From the NCBI GenBank assembly GCA_977018835.1, contig OZ361259.1, positions 3,906,001 through 3,970,000 of the forward strand: a DNA stretch of 64,000 nucleotides. The letters are read 5' to 3'. Shown here in pieces: positions 60,624 through 64,000 of this stretch (within the stretch, counting starts at the first letter, position 1; every line of letters starts with the position of its first letter). This stretch comes from Minutocellus sp. GHC0000111. Lineage: Eukaryota. The notes under the pieces were generated by a model. The model was given only the letters and a program-made list of their open reading frames with translations. It ran no database searches and was not told where the DNA came from. A program made the translations under genes and the position numbers.

Positions 60624-63600
60624 ATGAACAGACCAATAAAGCCAAAAAATAAAGCCAAAATGGGGAGAGGATTCGACGGTCCTGGAGGCTTCGGCTGCAT
60701 CGACCGCGAGGCGGCGATCAATCGCTTCCGTCGAAGCGCCAGTCGCACCAGCAGTATGAAGCGTCCCCGTCCCGATCAGCGGTTGTTGCTGCATCAACAG
60801 GGCCGGGGGGAGACAGTCACCACGAAACAGCAAAGACGTGTTGCATCGATATGTCTCCTTACTGGTCTTGCGCTAATGGCTTCGTCTTGGACTGTGAAGA
60901 TTCCCACAGCTGGATACGACGATGATCGGCGCCTATCATCAGCAATGTCTTCGTCAACAATTCGCACCCCTGGACACGGACCGATCATTGATGAAGACGG
61001 AGTCAAGCACTTTACTCCCCACGGACCGTATTTTGGACGATTCGACCGGAATGATGCTCGAAGACTAAAGCTAGAGACAGATAGCGAGGGTATTAGCAAC
61101 GGGATCAATACTATTTTCGCTGGTATTGGGGCTCTTGGTAGTGAGGAGAATCCTTATCGATCACACCGGCGAATCACTGAAAAGGCAAATAATGATTTGG
61201 CCGTAGATGCAGCAACTGGAGAACGCACCCTCGCCAGCAAACATAAGGCACCCAAGCGAATCGCCGTTGTTCGGCCCTTTGCCCCCTTTTCTGCTGCAGA
61301 GATTACGCAATCGTTTGATACGTGGGACACATATTGGCCTTGCACCTCGAATCCTCTCCACCCCTTCGATACCGAATCGGAGCCAGGGGAGAGTACCAGT
61401 GGATATGACTACGAGTATGTCGTCGATCTTTATCTAAGCTTCAGTCAGACCTATGCCAATATCCCTCCATCCGATCTGAGCCACCGCGTCAAGGAGGACC
61501 TCCAGCAAAAGTTCAAAATGAATGGAGGGTGGAACGGATGCTTCGACAAGCTCTACAATATTGGTAAGTGGATTATTTTGGCCCCGATCGTCGTGGCCAT
61601 ATATGGCATATATATGTCTGAGTAGAATCAAATTGTCATCTTGAAGGCAAACTCAATACATATATGTCCATATATGTTTGTTTTGTCTCTAACAAAAGAT
61701 CTCTTCTCCTTCTTCTTCTTCTTCTTCGATTTCAGAGGCTGGCATTGCACCTGCCATGGATCAATACGAGCACAACAACATCCAGACGAATAAGAATTGG
61801 GTGAACGGACCCAACACTCAATTTCGAAGCATCATGAACACCATCGCTCAACAAAATGAAGCTTTGGCCGCTAAAAAGAGCACTGACGACTACTACGAGG
61901 CTGTCGTTCTCCTCGAGGGTGACGCTCATGTCCAAAACGTGGGATGGTTGGATTATCTTCTTGATGAAATTTCCGACAAGGCACCCTTTGCCATCCTCGG
62001 ATCCAGCTACCGCGGATTCTCGTGGGACAACTTCCGCGATCAGCTCCCTAAGGCTCTGCTTGAACACAAAAATGGCAATGCTGTCTACAATATCACCCAT
62101 CCTTTAACGCAGCACTACGTTCAAGAGCTCAAGGAGGAAAAGTCAACCTACTGCAACAGCATCGCTTACGATTATCGTATATCCCAAATGATTGTCGAGG
62201 GTCGTGACGGAATTCCGCCCGAATTTCCCTTTCCTGAGATTATCGACGAGAGCACCGGTGGGGCCGTCGTCTTGCCCCCAAAGACGGCCAAATTCAGTTC
62301 TTGGTGGAATCAGTGGGGTGGCCCCGACGCAATCAAGGAGTCAGATGTGATCGCCAACTGGGCGGCCACGAATTACCTGCCACTGCACATTGACGACGGG
62401 TCGCCCATTGTCCATGGCAAGGGCGCCTGGCTGCCCTTTGATGATACCCACCATAAGGTCACCTTGGTGGTAACGGACTGGGATGAAGATTTCGCGGATA
62501 GCCTACTCTCGACCATTGACTCATCGGACCATCCCTTTGCAGAGATTCTCGTTGTTAAATCACCCACCGCCTCTACCGAGTATCACTCTTTGTGGGAGAC
62601 AGTGTCGAGCCTGTGGCATTCCAATACTCCTACCAACATTCCCGTACGTTTCGTCGAGCGCACTTGGTCCGACTTTATGGATGTTTGCGATGCTCCTGTT
62701 GGTACTGAATTCTTCATGACTACAAATTCCTACCACGAGGTCGTAGAAAAATTCGACCTAATGTTCAGCCATGACGACCCCCCTCGTCCTCTCATTGCCT
62801 ATACCCCGGCAAGCTCGAAGCATTGTACCGACTACGAAGCCTGCACCGAGACTGTCAAACTTTCGAAGCTCTTCAACCCCGGCCTAGACAAGGTCATCCT
62901 CGACATGGACATGGTCTATCACACCTCCAGCCGCAATGCCTTTTGCCATGAGTGGAAAAAGAAAAATGGCGACCAAGGAGAGATCTTATTGGATCGTCTG
63001 GGAGGGTCGGATGCCTACCTCGATCTTCTCCGATCTGGAACTCCTCGAGGTCCCACTGCCACTTCATACTACGCCTATCTCGAGAACTCCGGCATGGCTG
63101 ACAACATCTACGCTTTCACCAATAGGCTTGACCACGGTGCCGTCGATCACTTCGTGAAAGTTCGCCAAGACGAAGAAGTAGAACGTCATCTCGCCGCCAT
63201 GGGACAAGTCCCTACCCAGCGGATGGTCAAGGAAGTGCCACAAAATGAAAAGCCCGGTCCTCCACAGGATGCCGAGGCCGTTGCTCTTCATATGGCCGCT
63301 CTTCAGGGCAACTTTGGAAGTGTTCGACGAATGGACGCTGTCGACGAAGGTTCTGTTCGACGTATGCTTCAGAGTGACGAATCCAACAAGGAGGAAGAGC
63401 CTGGTTTCTTCGCCCGACTTTGGCACCGCTTCATCGACTTCTTTCGCAGAATTTTCTTCATCAAGACGGATGATGAGGAGAAGGAGCCTCTTGTCGACGT
63501 TACTCGTTATGATGATGCTCAGAGCGAGACATCATCATCTGATAGGGCGCCAATTTCTCCGAATCGTAACCGTGCCAAGCCCGGCGGTATCCAATTTGCT

Positions 63601-63834
63601 GCTCAGACCAGTGCTAATAGCATAAATACTACACTGGATGAAAACACTTGGTACTCTGGTGGTAGTGTGAACCGAGAACTTGTTTTGGAAAGGCCGGGTT
63701 GGCTCGTCCAGAAGGATCGGAATCGCAAAGATGCCACATTTGTGGCAAGGCAGGCCAGAATGAGAGCGCAAAAGCGGAAACGAGCTCGTAAAAGAGAACA
63801 AACAAGGAGAAAACTGCGTAGCTTCTTCTTCTAG
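60624..63834 (+). CDS. Type II membrane hypothetical protein, possibly glycosyltransferase-like; exons 60624-61563 and 61736-63834
   Basis: Single N-proximal transmembrane segment. GTAAGT...TTTCAG intron 61564-61735 joins the ORFs in frame. WVNGPNTQF, LLEGDA and HKNGNAVYN motifs. Function is an inference. Confidence 0.65.
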
Positions 63835-64000
63835 CAAAGTAGCGTTACATGATAATACATGAAATCCTGCATGATTAGACTTATGCGTGCCCTGACCCAG
63901 CCTTTCTCGCCTGGCTGACCCTCAACCTCTCGGCCCTCTGGAGCTTCGCAACTCGGTCATTTTCTTTCTGCAGGGCATTGAAGATCTCGGCGCTTGCATC

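Overview
This is gene-dense eukaryotic nuclear DNA with short GT-AG introns and many head-to-head gene pairs. Bipartite plastid presequences, an SLC4 bicarbonate transporter and axonemal genes point to a diatom-like stramenopile, probably a centric diatom with flagellated sperm (inference). About 27 protein genes or pseudogenes are visible. Product calls rest on motifs recognised by eye, not on database searches. Main observations: (1) Several conserved genes in the left ~27 kb carry disabling lesions (beta-tubulin, PfkB kinase, an ankyrin-like gene, a serine hydrolase, an NHE exchanger). (2) An inverted duplication (8064-8810 / 15493-16363) whose beta-tubulin copies differ by a GC-AG intron. 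(3) Three mobile elements with both ends visible: a 754-bp MITE built from palindromes, a 1.9-kb internally deleted LINE with an 18-bp TSD and (TGAAC)n tail, and a 4.75-kb two-ORF mariner with a very large, degenerate DD38D transposase. (4) A divergent pair of likely outer-dynein-arm docking genes (PIERCE/FAP182-like and ODA-DC3-like). No rRNA, tRNA or CRISPR array was recognised.
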